The notes beneath the pieces were generated by a model. That model saw nothing but the letters and a program-made list of their open reading frames with translations. It did no database searches and was not told where the DNA came from. The translations under genes and the position numbers were made by a program. A stretch of 64,000 bases of DNA, taken from positions 81,840,001 through 81,904,000 of the forward strand of contig NC_083280.1 in assembly GCF_963506605.1 (NCBI RefSeq), written 5' to 3'. Shown in pieces: positions 12,712-25,278 of the stretch (its first letter is position 1; the number at the start of each line of letters is the position of its first letter). This DNA comes from Zootoca vivipara. Its lineage: Eukaryota.

Positions 12712-13365
12712 CAGGGGTCACCAACCCATTATGTATGATGGTGTTCACTTGTGTTTCTGCGCAGGTGCCCCAGACTCCAAGCTTTCTTTTTTTTAAAAAA
12801 ATAAAAATACCAAGCCTCCAGCCCTCCTAGAATTAAAATTATGGTGCAAAATGTGCAGGTACCTTTGAAATGTGCAGGTACCTGTGAAATGGGAGCCAGA
12901 GCTCGTCCACACTTCCGCTTTTCCTGTGCCTAGAAAGCACGACTCTGAGTAGTTTCCCGCTTTCTCCGCAATTTCTAGGCATGGGTCTGAGCGGTTTCTT
13001 TAATTTCTCATATTGGCATAGGAATCAAAAGTTTTGTGTCTCTTTTGGGGAAATGTGTATTTTTGTGCGTTCTGCAATTTCCATTTTTCATTCCAATTTC
13101 CATTCTGCAGAAAATCCGGTTGCCGTTTTCTCCAACTGAGTGCTAAAGAGCAATTTTCCCAGGGGGTTGTGGGATTTCCACACTCAGGACCAGCAAGTCA
13201 TAGTTGACCTCTCATGAAAAGCATATGGTTGTCATTTTGAGCTATGCCACATTTGTTAAGGCAGCCATTTTGTACTCTGTCATAATCGCCCCCATTGCAG
13301 TTATTCTGTGACTACCTCAGAATTCGAAATGTGCCCACTGGTCCAAAAAAGATTGGTGACCCCTT
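12712..13365 (+). mobile_element. Non-autonomous hAT element, about 650 bp
   Basis: TIRs CAGGGGTCACCAA / TTGGTGACCCCT(T). TSD CCCTAAAT (12704-12711) vs CCCTAAAG (13366-13373). Confidence 0.75.
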
Positions 13366-14123
13366 CCCTAAAGTATTGGTTTGTGTTTGATCAAGCGCTC
13401 CATTCACTGAAACATGTACAGATGCTTATTATGCTGGAACTACAATAGAATTTCACTTGTCAGTTATATTGCAACGCTAGAACAGGGTAACAGTACCAGA
13501 TGACCGCTGGAAATAAAAACACATATTAAGTGGGTTATATAACAAGTACACTTTTGGGTCAAAGCACATTCCAACACACTGGCATGCTTTTTGCAAGTAT
13601 CAAACAGCTCAGCACAGTAACATTAATTTGGTTTAAAAGCTTCATTGAGTCCTGTGGTGACCTTCATGTGCTCATGAAGCCAGTGGAATTAAAACCAGAC
13701 TGGTTACTGATTAGCCCTTGTATTTAATGAACCATAAATTGGCACTCCTGTTACCACTACAATAGTGTGGACAAAAATTAATTGCACAGTGTGCTTAACC
13801 CTTCAAGGCTCTTTGAGGAAAGTCCATTAGTCAATATCCTCATTGGAAGACGATTTTGCAAGAGTTGTGTTTTTTGCTTGCTTGCTTGCTTGCAGGGAAG
13901 CTTGCAATCTCTACATAGTGGATATGGGTCACATGATGCACTCAAAGTGTTGACTTAGCTGCAGATGTAACAGATATCCATTATGTGACCCAGTTCCTCA
14001 CAGATCCCACCGCACAGTAATTACAGGAAAATCACCCAGGCAGAAAGAAAAATAGGCATCTGAATCTACCTACACAGAGATGACCACTGTTCTGGAGGTT
14101 TAGCACTAATTCTAGTATATAAA

Positions 14124-14548
14124 AAAGGTAAAGGTAAAGCACCCCTGGACAATTACCAGTTAAGTCCAGTGAAGGCGACTATGGGGTGTGGTGCTCATTT
14201 TGCTTTTCAGGCCAAGGGAGCCAGCATCTGTCCACAGACAGCTTTCTGGGTCATGTGGCCAGCAGACTAAACCGCTCCTTTCGCAACGTGACACTGTGAC
14301 AAGTGCCAGAGCTCATGGAAACACCCTTTACCTTCCCATCACAGTGGTACCTATTTATCTACTTGCATTGGTGTGCTTTTTGAACTCCTAGGTTGGCAGG
14401 AGCTGTGGTCTAAACCAATGAACCTCTTGGGCTTGCTGACTGAAAGGTTGGCGGTTCGAATCCGCGCAACGGTGGTGAGCTCCCATTGCTCTGTCCCAGC
14501 TGCTCCCAACCTCCCAGTTCAAAAGCACACCGGTGCAAGTAGATAAAT
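14124..14548 (-). mobile_element. Sauria SINE with inverted 5' part
   Basis: 14124-14405 is the 3' portion on minus (tail aaaggtaaaggtaaag on +). 14402-14548 is the 5' portion on plus. The two join at gctg. Confidence 0.85.
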
Positions 14549-15109
14549 CCAAATTAAATTGTGGTGGGGGCGAGGTACAAATATATGACTGCCATTATAA
14601 TGCCAGTAACAGTGTGTAAACACTAAAAATAGAAAGCCCTTTCATGCAAGAGTACCTGTTTCACACTTCTGGGAGCATCTGAAAAAACCTTTCAGTTTGC
14701 AGTGGCAATAAAACTACTTCTACTGACACCAGTAGCTGTGAAAACACCTCTGCTTCCACTAATGTTGAAGATAAAGGATAACTTTGCCATAGGATGTATT
14801 ACACTGCTGGATTCTTATGTGAACTGGGACAAAAATTTCTACCTTTCATCAAAAGATCCCAGGGCAGTGTAAAACATTAAGAATATATTTTACAAACCAC
14901 ATTAATAAAAAGCATAATAATAAGACAGCATGATAATAAAATAATCATAATAACACACGTGTGTAAATTCTACAAATCTGCACAAGTACGGAAAGTGGGG
15001 GGTGGGGGCAGGAAGAAAGATATTGACAGCAACCTTCAGTATTGGTTACAGCACCCTAAGAATATTAGCCTTAAAAGAAAAAGAAAAATCAAGTTTTAGC
15101 CCTTTAGTA

Positions 15110-15192
15110 GTGTGGTGGCAATTAGATGAGTCCCACATGCCATTGTCGCCTTTGACTGAACTTAATTGTCCAGTGCTCATTTACCTTTTACC
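15110..15192 (+). mobile_element. Degraded Sauria SINE 3' fragment
   Basis: gtcgcctttgactgaacttaattgtccag..tttacctttacc tail. Confidence 0.55.
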
Positions 15193-16559
15193 TTGGTACT
15201 CAATAGGATTTAGTGCTCACAGAAGAAGATGGACATAATCTGCATACCATCTTGGCCCTCTGTCATAACTAACAAAAGTAGAATAAATGATGCAAATTAA
15301 GCAGATAACTGTATTTTATATAGGTCAAATAATTTGCCTTCATTTAGTACAAAAATTGGGTTGTCTTGGTACAGAATGGTGATTACTAGTTTTTAAACAG
15401 CAGATAACATATTTTTGTAGCTCAGCAATGTAAGAAATAAACCCCAAACTCTTAGACCTACTCTAAACATGCCCCATCAAAAGTAAGTCCCACTGAACCA
15501 CGTTCTTCCTACAGCATTTCTGAGCAAAATCTTAGCTACCTAGCAGTGTGGATGCAACAATTCGTTTGCTTAGTATAGAGTTCTGCAGCAATTCATTCTG
15601 GCCTTAATAATGTTCTAGCACAGCAATCTCATGGTTCAGGTTCTCCTGGCAAGTTTCTTAAAAGTCCAATAGCATATTATTTTATGGAGCATACATGTTC
15701 ATTTGCTTTTGGAAAGATGAGAAGCACTTTGTCAAAGCATAAATCTGTGGTGCAAAGCACTAATTAACTTGCTAAATAAAACGGGTTGTTTTGAAAAATG
15801 CCCATGTGCACATACCTCCAAATATAGGACTCATGCAGTTGGCCATGTAGTCAGCCCAGGAGTGTGCCCTCAAATGGGAATGTATGGTGGGGAAGAAATA
15901 CGGGGGTACAATGGCAGCATGGCCAGGTATTAACATTCTGCCCCCTGAAATTAAATTTCAGGGAGTGCCTGCCTGACTGGTTGCCACTGACAATCCTATA
16001 CATTCAACAGTATTTCTCTGTCATAGCTTCATGTTTGGTGGCAGATACAAATTCAGCTGATGATAGCATCATCTCTATGCTCCTTTACCTAAACATCTCT
16101 CTTATATTTTGTCCTGGGGGAAAACAAACATAAATTATATAAACCCATGATCATAACTTATTTAGGGAGTTCATTTTGTGAAGCACTCCCCCCCCCTTCC
16201 CTCGGCACCTTACACATAAGACAGAAGAACTCCCTCTGATACCAGCCAAGCAAATGTGCTGTCCACTGATCCGAGAGTGAAGGTAAAACGAACTGACAGT
16301 GTAGTCAACAAATTTCATCCAGGCAGCATTGACCACGTGCAAACTCCACATCCATAGCTTTAAATAAGTAGCTTTCCAATTAAATCCCTAGACAGAGTAG
16401 CAATGCCTATTAAATATTTCTTTCCATTTTATTTATGAAATATATTAGCCTTTCTTCAGCTGAAGTGCTGAGAATAGCTTATCCACGGTTTGAATGAACA
16501 ATATAGTAAGTACACTAAAACTGGTAACAGCAGCAATCAAATTACCGCTTAGGAAAAAA

Positions 16560-17170
16560 CCGCATTAAAGCCTAGCAACTTTCCCCCGACATTAAAAAGA
16601 GTACAGGGATGGTACCTGATGAACCTCCCTTGAGAGGAAATTTCAAAGATGGGATACATGACTGAGAAGGCTTAGTCACAGCATCCTCATCTGATGGTGA
16701 TGGAAAAGACACTTGTAGAAGATTGCTTCGGCTGAATATTAGGACAGGTTCCTGAAAGAGCCGACAATCTTTTCGGTTCCCACTTCCCAAGCAGTTTAGG
16801 ACTTTAAAGGGTTAGAAGCAACAGTGTGGATTGTGTACCGAAATATCCTGGGAGCTTTGTAGCTACTTCAGAACTGTTAATATACGCTTCCTACTTCACC
16901 CAGTCCAAGCTGGTAACCAGACGCTGTATTTTGCATTTGCTGTAATTTCTGAATAGTTGTCTAAGGAAGCTCCCGGTATGATGTGCTGCAATAGCCTAGG
17001 TGAATATGGAGAGCTTGCCAAGGGGGATTCACAGTTAACATATCAGCCTTAGTTGGTGAAAGGTGCTCCATGTTAGAGAGACCACTTGGGCCACCACAGG
17101 AAAACTGGATCTGAAAGGACTAAAAAAAGTGCACATCTGATCTTTCCAGAGGAAATGCCACTATACCCAG
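16560..17170 (-). mobile_element. Ancient L2 LINE ORF2 C-terminal remnant
   Basis: Minus strand near 16940-17000 resembles the L2 motif LDYCN..GLP..TIQKLQ. Heavily degraded. Confidence 0.4.
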
Positions 17171-17923
17171 AACAGCTTAAACACCACCTATCTATAAGCG
17201 GCTTTTACAAGACAAGAAAGATCACATAAAATGTGGAAATAATTAGGAAATGTTGAGGAAATGGAATAAAGTACATATTGTCTGAATGCAGCCTGCATGT
17301 ACTCTGTGAAGAAACATATATAGACAAACAATTCACCATAAAATTCTGTGTCCTTCATACATTTTCACAGATCTGCACTCATTGTCTTTGACACAATTTC
17401 CCCCACCCCTACAAACAGAATCACAGGGCAACTGTCCTTTGGGCATGGCTCCTAAAAAATTTCAAATCCAGCAATTTCTTCAACACCACACAATATTTCT
17501 GTTTCCTTTTTCTCCGGAGCATTTATTTAGATACATGTTAACAGTGAATTTGGCCACAGATGATATACGATGGTCTGAAGCAGAGGAAATAGTGCTGCAA
17601 CCCAAGGTGTAATTGTTATTGTAAAACCTCTAATCTGTATATTTGGAGAGCAAAAAGTAAAGGCACATTATAGAATTCACCCCTGACTTTCTGCCAAATA
17701 ACCTCAATCCTATAAAATGCCTCCTAATGATCCAAATGTGATGGTCATTTAAATAACATAGAGAGCTCTTCTAGCAGCAGATACTGGCTGCAGATAATGT
17801 GCAGCGAATAGGATTATGTTGCTGCTGCGAAAATGTTTTTTTCAGGGCTGCTGCAGTTTTATATTTAATTCCTGAGCACAGTTGATTACTCTGTTCTGTC
17901 CTGATCACAGATGTGATCATCAA

Positions 17924-18060
17924 NNNNNNNNNNNNNNNNNNNNNNNNNNNNNNNNNNNNNNNNNNNNNNNNNNNNNNNNNNNNNNNNNNNNNNNNNNNNN
18001 NNNNNNNNNNNNNNNNNNNNNNNNNNNNNNNNNNNNNNNNNNNNNNNNNNNNNNNNNNNN
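17924..18060. other. Assembly gap (137 N)
   Basis: Run of n. Confidence 1.
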
Positions 18061-18429
18061 AAGATATTTGCCCAGCTCTAGACATATTAGGTGGGCTTTG
18101 TTAGCTACCGCTAGGAATGCTTCAGGATGCTTTACAAATTCCAGTATGAACTGCTCTGACCTTCCAGACTAATATGCAGATATGAACTTAGTTACGCAAA
18201 AGCTTTCCAGTTCCCAAATGTTCCGACACTGTTCTGAACTACACACACCCACACACCCCGTATATATTTCTAAAATGTGTTGAGAGGAAAATACTTTAAA
18301 CATACTTTTGATGACAACCTTCTTGAACTTCAGAGAAATGACCATGCAGAAAAGCTTTTGACAGGTTTTGCTGTTTCATTAAGATCTTGCAGCCTTTCAC
18401 CTGGAAGATGTTTTCCCTTCCCCTTGGGA

Positions 18430-18760
18430 CAAGGGCTAGGAACCTTTTTCAGCCAGAGGGTCATACTCCCTTCTACATGCCAGCAGTGAACAGGGCAAAA
18501 GGCCAAAACAGTCAAGGCAACAAATGTGAATTTTGCCTCTGTACAGGGGGCTAGTTTCTATGTGTACCCCTCAACATCCTAGCAACCAAGAGGCATTAAC
18601 AAAAGTTCAAGGGCACATTCCGGACTGACCAAAACACTCAAGGAAGGTGAAAAACAGAGCTGGTAAGGCATGTAGCCTGGACAGAAGGAGTGACTGGGAA
18701 GAGCCCATGAATGGGAAGCTTAGCTAGGCAGCCTACATTTCCAAGAATGCATAGCTCCTT
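18430..18760 (+). mobile_element. Old hAT-like MITE (same family as about 24650-24940)
   Basis: Shares agttcaagg.cacatt.c.gac...caaa.cactcaagga with 24768-24805. hAT-like start aagggctaggaacctttt. Confidence 0.45.
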
Positions 18761-18880
18761 GCCAAACCATAAATAATTATCTGGAGGACAAGGGATTCCT
18801 CTCTTCCCTCTTGCCAAAACATTGCATTCACTTTGATTGAACAATAACCGCCTGTTTATTTAGTACATTTACATCCTGCC

Positions 18881-19170
18881 TAGGCCTGGGCGATACATCA
18901 TATATCACCCAGGACTGGTATGAGGAGCAGACCGTGATGTTGGTTTCACTCAGCAGTGTATCACTGATGAAACCACCACACTCCTAAGACACTCTGCTAG
19001 CAGTGCAACTTCATCCAGGGGGTACTGCTAGCAGAGGGACTCGGAAGCGCAGCGGTTTCACCAGCGGTATACCGCTAAGTGAAACTGACATCATGGTCTG
19101 CCTTCATACAGTGTAGAGGGAGAAACAAGCTGTGTCGGAGAGATGCCATACAGCTTGTTCCTCCCTCCGC
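18881..19170. mobile_element. DNA-transposon remnant with long internal inverted repeat
   Basis: Starts taggcctgggcgata. Imperfect arms of about 85 bp at 18918-19007 and 19022-19109, then a second small hairpin at 19116-19168. Confidence 0.55.
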
Positions 19171-19429
19171 ATGTTTAAATTGTTCAGCTGAGGGGCACCC
19201 GGTTGCCGCTCCCTTCAGCATTTAAAGGAGCCCCCAGTCCGGCACTGGCTTGCCCAAGCCAGCAGTGGGGTGGCAGTTCTGTGAAACTGCTCCCCACATC
19301 TGAGTGACCCCGAGGCCTCAGCAGCACCGGATCCCTCAGCTGGGGTGGGTGGAGGCTTCTTCTACGCCTCAGCTGCGCGAAGTCCAATGCTACTGAGGCA
19401 TCGGATCGCTCAGGGGTGTGTGTGTGGGG

Positions 19430-19460
<31 letters not shown>

Positions 19461-20087
19461 AGCCTCCCCACCACCCCATCTCTCAGATTCAAAAAGGGTA
19501 CATTTCTGCTCTACTTAATGAAGTAAGGCAGGCAACCACCAGGGAGAGGGCCTTTTCAGCACATAGTCAAGACCTATTTACCCAGGCCTCCTAAACATTT
19601 GATATAGCATGGACCTTTCTGTTTCTAAATCTGTTTTTGTTGTATTAATCTAGCATCGAATTTATGTTTTTATGTTTCATTTTGCATTGTTTTTATTGCA
19701 TGCCCGAGAGAGGAATTTGTGTTATAGTGCAGCACACAAATGCCAAAATATAAATGAACGAATAGACCCTACGGACACAAAGAAATGCTTGGAAGTGTGT
19801 GGGCAACTCTGGGTTAAATCTTAGAAACCGGAGAGGTGGCTGAGGAAGATTTACAGTGGCTGGGAGCTGGCTTTTAATATCCTACAGAGATCCTTGCTCC
19901 TTGCCAGGTACAAAATAGCAACCCAAAGCACACACACCATCAACAAAACAAAACAAAAAAACACAAAATAAATTATAAAAAGTGGCTTTGTGTAAATATT
20001 TGTAAATATTTATGTAAATTATGCAATTTTTAACTAGTTACAAAATACAGGAAGCAGGCTTATATTGGCAGACTCTTTGTCAACCCC

Positions 20088-20150
20088 GTAGAATCATAGA
20101 ATTGTAGAGTTGGAAGGCTCACCAGTCCAAGCCCCTGCAATGCATGAATC
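20088..20150 (-). mobile_element. CR1-type 3' tail fragment
   Basis: gtagaatcatagaattgtagagttggaag..agtccaagcccctgcaatgc is the reverse complement of a CR1-type 3' end. Confidence 0.7.
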
Positions 20151-20159
20151 TAATCTAGC

Positions 20160-20297
20160 TCAATCTTGTCTACGCTGACTGGCAGCCACTCTCCAGGATT
20201 CTAGGCAGGGTCTCCAATTTCTTCTCTGGGGATACCAGCAATTGAACCCAGGGCCTTGTTCATGAGAAACAGATGCTTTCCCACTGAGATACAGCCT
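20160..20297 (-). mobile_element. Old tRNA-derived SINE (related copies near 23845-24030 + and 62270-62370 -)
   Basis: Minus strand ggctgtatctcagtggga (A box) and ctgggttcaattgc (B box). Confidence 0.5.
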
Positions 20298-22253
20298 TTC
20301 TCCACTAAAGACAAATTTCATTTGCTGCAAAATTATATTAGTACCCACAACTCTCAATATGGAACCTGCTCTCCTTCCTCTACATGTCATTCAGCGCTTC
20401 ATAGGCAAATATTTCTTTCCCATTTGGGATTATGTGGTGTGAAATGTGTCTGCAACACGAGAGGCAATATATCAGTGTTGTATTGGTGCAACTGTCGGCG
20501 GGTCTTACCAACTAAAGGTGCAGCCAAGCCTTAAGATCAGTCAGGCCATTCATGTAGCAAGCATTTCCAATACTTTTTTTTTTTAAAAAAACTGAAGTAA
20601 TGAACAAAGCACAACCAATTCTGCACACCACTCTAAATTTCTACACCTGCCAGCTCCCCTCCCCTTCCCAACTTCATATTCATATTCATATAACCCACCA
20701 CACTTACAGTAGATTCTCTCACTTTCTCCCCAGCCTTTCATACTTCTGTAATCACCAGAGAGGAAATTTAACACCACAGAACTAGATTAAAGGAAGGCAA
20801 AGAAACAGATCTAAATCAACGCAGAGAAAGGGAGCCTGAACTAAGATCCAGCCTGCATTGTGAGTGTGCACTGGAGCTCGTATGAGAGGCAAGGAAAAGA
20901 AATTTATCCATGTGTTGGGACTGCCATACAAAAAGCTGTATCATTTGCAATATCAAGGCCCAGTGAAGTGTGTAAAAAACAAGCTGGACTTAAACAACTC
21001 AGGCAAGAAAGCAATACTTGCTGAAGAACCCTCTCTCAGCAGAGATTGGCAGCAGAACAAGGAAACAGCATGTGGTACAGTTCTTTTGGGGAGATAATAT
21101 AATTTGAATGAAGCCTCACATTTAATAACAAAGCAAACAAACCCAACAACTTTCCTGCATGTGTAAACTACCTTTTCAGGAAGAAAGCTTGGCTAAAGTA
21201 CCACTCTTTGACATGAGAAACTACAGGCCCATCTTGCAATTATTTTACCACAAGGCTGCAATCCTATGGACACTTACACGGGAAAAGTCCCACTTGATAG
21301 AGTGCAACTTATTTGCGAATAAGTATGTGCAGGTCAGGCTGACAATGAAGAGTGTTTTGCACTGCATCAACATGTTAGTTCTTCCAGACAAAAATTTACA
21401 CCCAAGATTTAGTCACTTGTATATTCTGTGTTGGTCTGTTGTTGTGAATTATGTCTTCTCTTTCACTTGGGAATTTGTGGCGCAACTACATAAAGCCAAA
21501 CAAAATACCCAAATATATTTTCTCAGAACAGTAAGAGTTACCATCAAAGGAAAAGCATTTCTAAAGTAGTAGGCGGAGGGCCAAAAAATATCTCCATTTT
21601 GCAACCCCTAAGTAGGCCAGAGTTCAAGCCCCACACTTAGCTACTTCACCCAGCTCATAAATTCTCTTTCTGAAGGGTGGAAAAGTTCCAGCCTCATCCT
21701 GTCTAAGAATATCACCCTATAATGACTACACTCAGCAAAGTTGAAAAGCAGCACAGCTGCTTCCTGATGCAACCAATTTTGGGTATATTGGCATCTAGCA
21801 GTGTAGTGAACCTTATGCACAGAACTAGTTTGCCACACCAGAAAAAAGGACAACACATTTTGAAAATAAGCCTCTCAGTTACGTGAATCAAACCTCAGTT
21901 GGTGTTTAGAGGGAGTCTCCAAAGAACTGTGGTTCCAAGTGGAAATGAGAGAGAGTTTGTCTGAATCTTATCTGCAGACTCCCAGGAGCTAAAGGAACGA
22001 ATGCCACACTCTAATTTGACTTGGGGATTCCACATGGCAACAGCAAGACTTGGGGAACAGCTCTTCACTCTAACCTCGTTTGAGTTATCATCTTTTGTTT
22101 GCATTACTGCAGCTCTCAAGATGACAGCTATCAAATCAGATTAGTGGATGTTGCTTATGGTGACACTCGCCAAAAATGAACCGTTGAAGGATCGAACACA
22201 CAGGAGGTTTGGTTTGCACGCTCAGCTCCGCATATTTCTGGTGCCCTTCTCTT

Positions 22254-22339
22254 TGTTGTTGTTGTTTAGTCACTTAGTCGTGTCTGACTCTTTGTGACCC
22301 CATGGACCAGAGCACGCCAGGCACTCCTGTCTTCCACTG
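22254..22339 (-). mobile_element. BovB (RTE) LINE extreme 3' end, 5'-truncated, with TSD
   Basis: (GTT)n tail and tagtcgtgtctgactctttgtgaccccatggaccagagcacgccaggc. Flanking direct repeat CCTTCTCTT at 22245-22253 and 22340-22348. Confidence 0.8.
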
Positions 22340-23035
22340 CCTTCTCTTACCTTTGGTTAAACGTTTTTTGCAGGTTTTCGAAGCAACACGAAATCTAGCT
22401 AAACAAGAGGTGAAAGAGTGGGATGTGTGCAAACACCATGAGGTGTGGTCCTTTTTCTAAACTGCCTTGAACTTTTGGAGGGAGGGGAAGGGAAATTGCT
22501 TGTATCTAGCACAAGACTGCTTAAAAACACATTTCATCAACACAGAAAGAAACCGATGTCACTTTGTTTTCAGTCTCTGAAATAAATATAAATACCTTAC
22601 TGTCAGGTGCAGGGATAAAATGAGGAGGGGGAGATGCCACCTTGAGCACCTTAGAGGGAAGGCGGGATATGAATATAATGAGGAATTAAATAAATTGCTT
22701 CAAATCCATGACTCAGCTTGAACACACAAACATGTGGGTACCAGGAGAGGAGATGGCGGCCACTGTACTCCCCCTATATAATATTTGAAACATATCTACA
22801 CAAAAAAAGCTTGTTCTATCTTTTCCTGGGCATAAAGATGTGTCAGCTGACTACTTAGGGCACTGAAGGAAATAGCCTAAGCTGAAGCAGGCCCGAGTAT
22901 ATCACTCTAGCATCTGGTAATGTATGATGATGTAGTTGAGCATCTAGAGCAGGGATGTCAGTCATAAGATCAGAGAATGTTAACAGGCCCAGTCGGATTG
23001 CAAATGTGGCTTGTGACACCACAGCTGCTCTCCAC

Positions 23036-23207
23036 GAGAGACTACCAAGTTGATCAAGGGTCTGGAAACCAAGCCTTATGAGGAACGGTTGAAGAAGCTG
23101 GGTATGTTTAGCCTGGAAAAGAGGAGACTAAGAAGATATATGATAGCCATCTTCAAATATCTAAAGGGTTGTTTCATGCAAGATTGAGCAAGTCTTGTTT
23201 TCCCCTG
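23036..23207 (+). mobile_element. CR1 LINE ORF2 C-terminal fragment
   Basis: Encodes [31 protein letters not shown]; homologous to 61792-62015. Confidence 0.85.
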
Positions 23208-25196
23208 TTAGCCTGCAGAAGGCCCTGAAACATAGGAGGGCTAGCCTGGGATCTACTGAATCTTGAGCTGGGATCAACTGTTACCGGTATGCAAGCTCCA
23301 GACTCCACAAAGCCCTGCCTGAGGTGGGGGAGATGGAACATCTCTGCCAGTAAATGTATGGTTTATTCCATCTGTGTAAGTGACTGGTACTGCCAGAAGG
23401 AATGTCTAATGACTGCAGAAGGATGTGGAGGCAGAAAACAGTCTTGAGTGGGAGAGTAGTCAGTTTGGGTAATAAGGGGAACAGAGGCCATACAACTTTC
23501 CTTTGCAGTAATTGCACCTATTACATTCTGAGCCTGTTGCAGTCTTTCACCTTAGAAACCAACAGTTTTGAATAAAGTAAAAAAAAAACACCCAGATCTC
23601 TTATTTCTTAAAGTTCAATCCCTGCCTAGAGAGCAGCAGGTACAAAAAACAAAACAAAAAACAAAACCAGGCCAGCACATAAACAAAACAACAGAGTACA
23701 AATTGTCTGAACAAGCAAGAACCAGCCACAGATTGCAATAGAAATCCATCTCTTTCCTTATCCACAGCAACGACTATTGCCTGTCTCTCAAAAAGCTCTG
23801 AAACTGACCAACCAATTTGCATCCAATGAGAGAGAAACCACAACTCACTGACAGAGCACATATTTGCATGCTAAAGGTGTCAGATTCAATTCTTGGTGTT
23901 TCCAATTTAAAGGATCAGGTAGCAAGTGATGCAATAGGCCACTGTCCCAGGCCTTAAAGACCTGTTTTCAGGGAGAGTACATAATATTACGATAATTGGG
24001 ACAAAGAGTCTGACCTGGGTGCTTCTCATGTTTCCAGGTACTCTTTTTTACTGACTGTAATAATAGTTTTGTGCTCTAATTTTACATAGGTTACATGTAG
24101 ATCCAAAGGGTTGTGTCCCATCCCCCCCCCCCGTCCTCCGGCCAGCCTCATGTGATGCTAAAGAACCTGAGCAGATGGCAGGCAGGACCAAGGCACATCT
24201 GTTTGCTAGGATTACTGTCATATTAGACTAGATCAGCCCCTCACATCGGCGCAAAACAAGCAGACATTCTTATAGAAAAGGAGCCTAAGGAGAGAAAATA
24301 GGGCTGTGCAGAACCTCAGGAATGTTTGGCAGCACTCAAGGCCCAGCATAGGCCTGGCTAATATGCAACTATGCAATGTTATGCTGAAGAGGTATATTGA
24401 GCCTCAGGCATGTGCACTCCCTCATCCCCTCCCCCCTCTTATGCACATGAGATGAGACATTTCTATTCACGGTTTTTTAACAAACCACAGTTTCCCATCA
24501 ACATGAGCAACTGTGGTTCATCAAACAGCTTCTCATCTTCATCCCTCACATGGGGAAGAGACAGAACATGAGCCCAAGGCTCCTCAAGCGTAGTGTCGTT
24601 ACATCTGAAATGAATCATACCAATAGCTCTTTAACTAGTGCATTTTCTGCCCTAGGCTTTCTGGGCCATACTCCCAGGGCCACAACTGCTATTATTTTTA
24701 CTTTTGTATAGCACAGTAGTGTCTACACATCTCTGCCCTCCATCAGACAAGCAAGAGCCATTATCATAGTTCAAGGACACATTTCAGACAGGCAAACACT
24801 CAAGGAGATTTCAGAGCAGGGTGGTGATGGTGTGGCATGGGGTGGGAAGGAGGAGTGACCTGGAGTGAGTTCTGGTGGTCAAATACAGAGCACTGGAGGG
24901 CTGCATTTGGCACCTGGGCCTGCAGTTCCCCATTCCTGAACTATCATGCAAAAGGCATACCCCAACCACTCCCAGCTAGGGCCAACAAGCCAAAAAGTAT
25001 TGCTGCATCGTTCAGACACCAGTTTCTGCCATTTATCTATGGTGCCTCCAGGACTAGGTTGCTTTGCTCTGCTGCATGGCAGGGCCAGCTGTGTAGCATG
25101 CAAGATATACTTATCCTTACCCTAATTTCTTATAATGGAGCAAGAATGAACAAATAACTTGTATGCATACAACTGGTCAAAAGAGAAATATCTTAC

Positions 25197-25278
25197 CAGA
25201 GTGTTCCACGAGCACTTCCTATCTAGCGGCCGCTAATGACTAGGCCCTTTGAAGCTTCACATAACAAGATCCAATTTC
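25197..25278 (-). other. Candidate non-coding exon (82 nt)
   Basis: Acceptor gcctttttattgtag|G and donor CTG|gtaaga. Stops in all three frames. Retains CpGs (TAGCGGCCGCTA). Confidence 0.4.
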
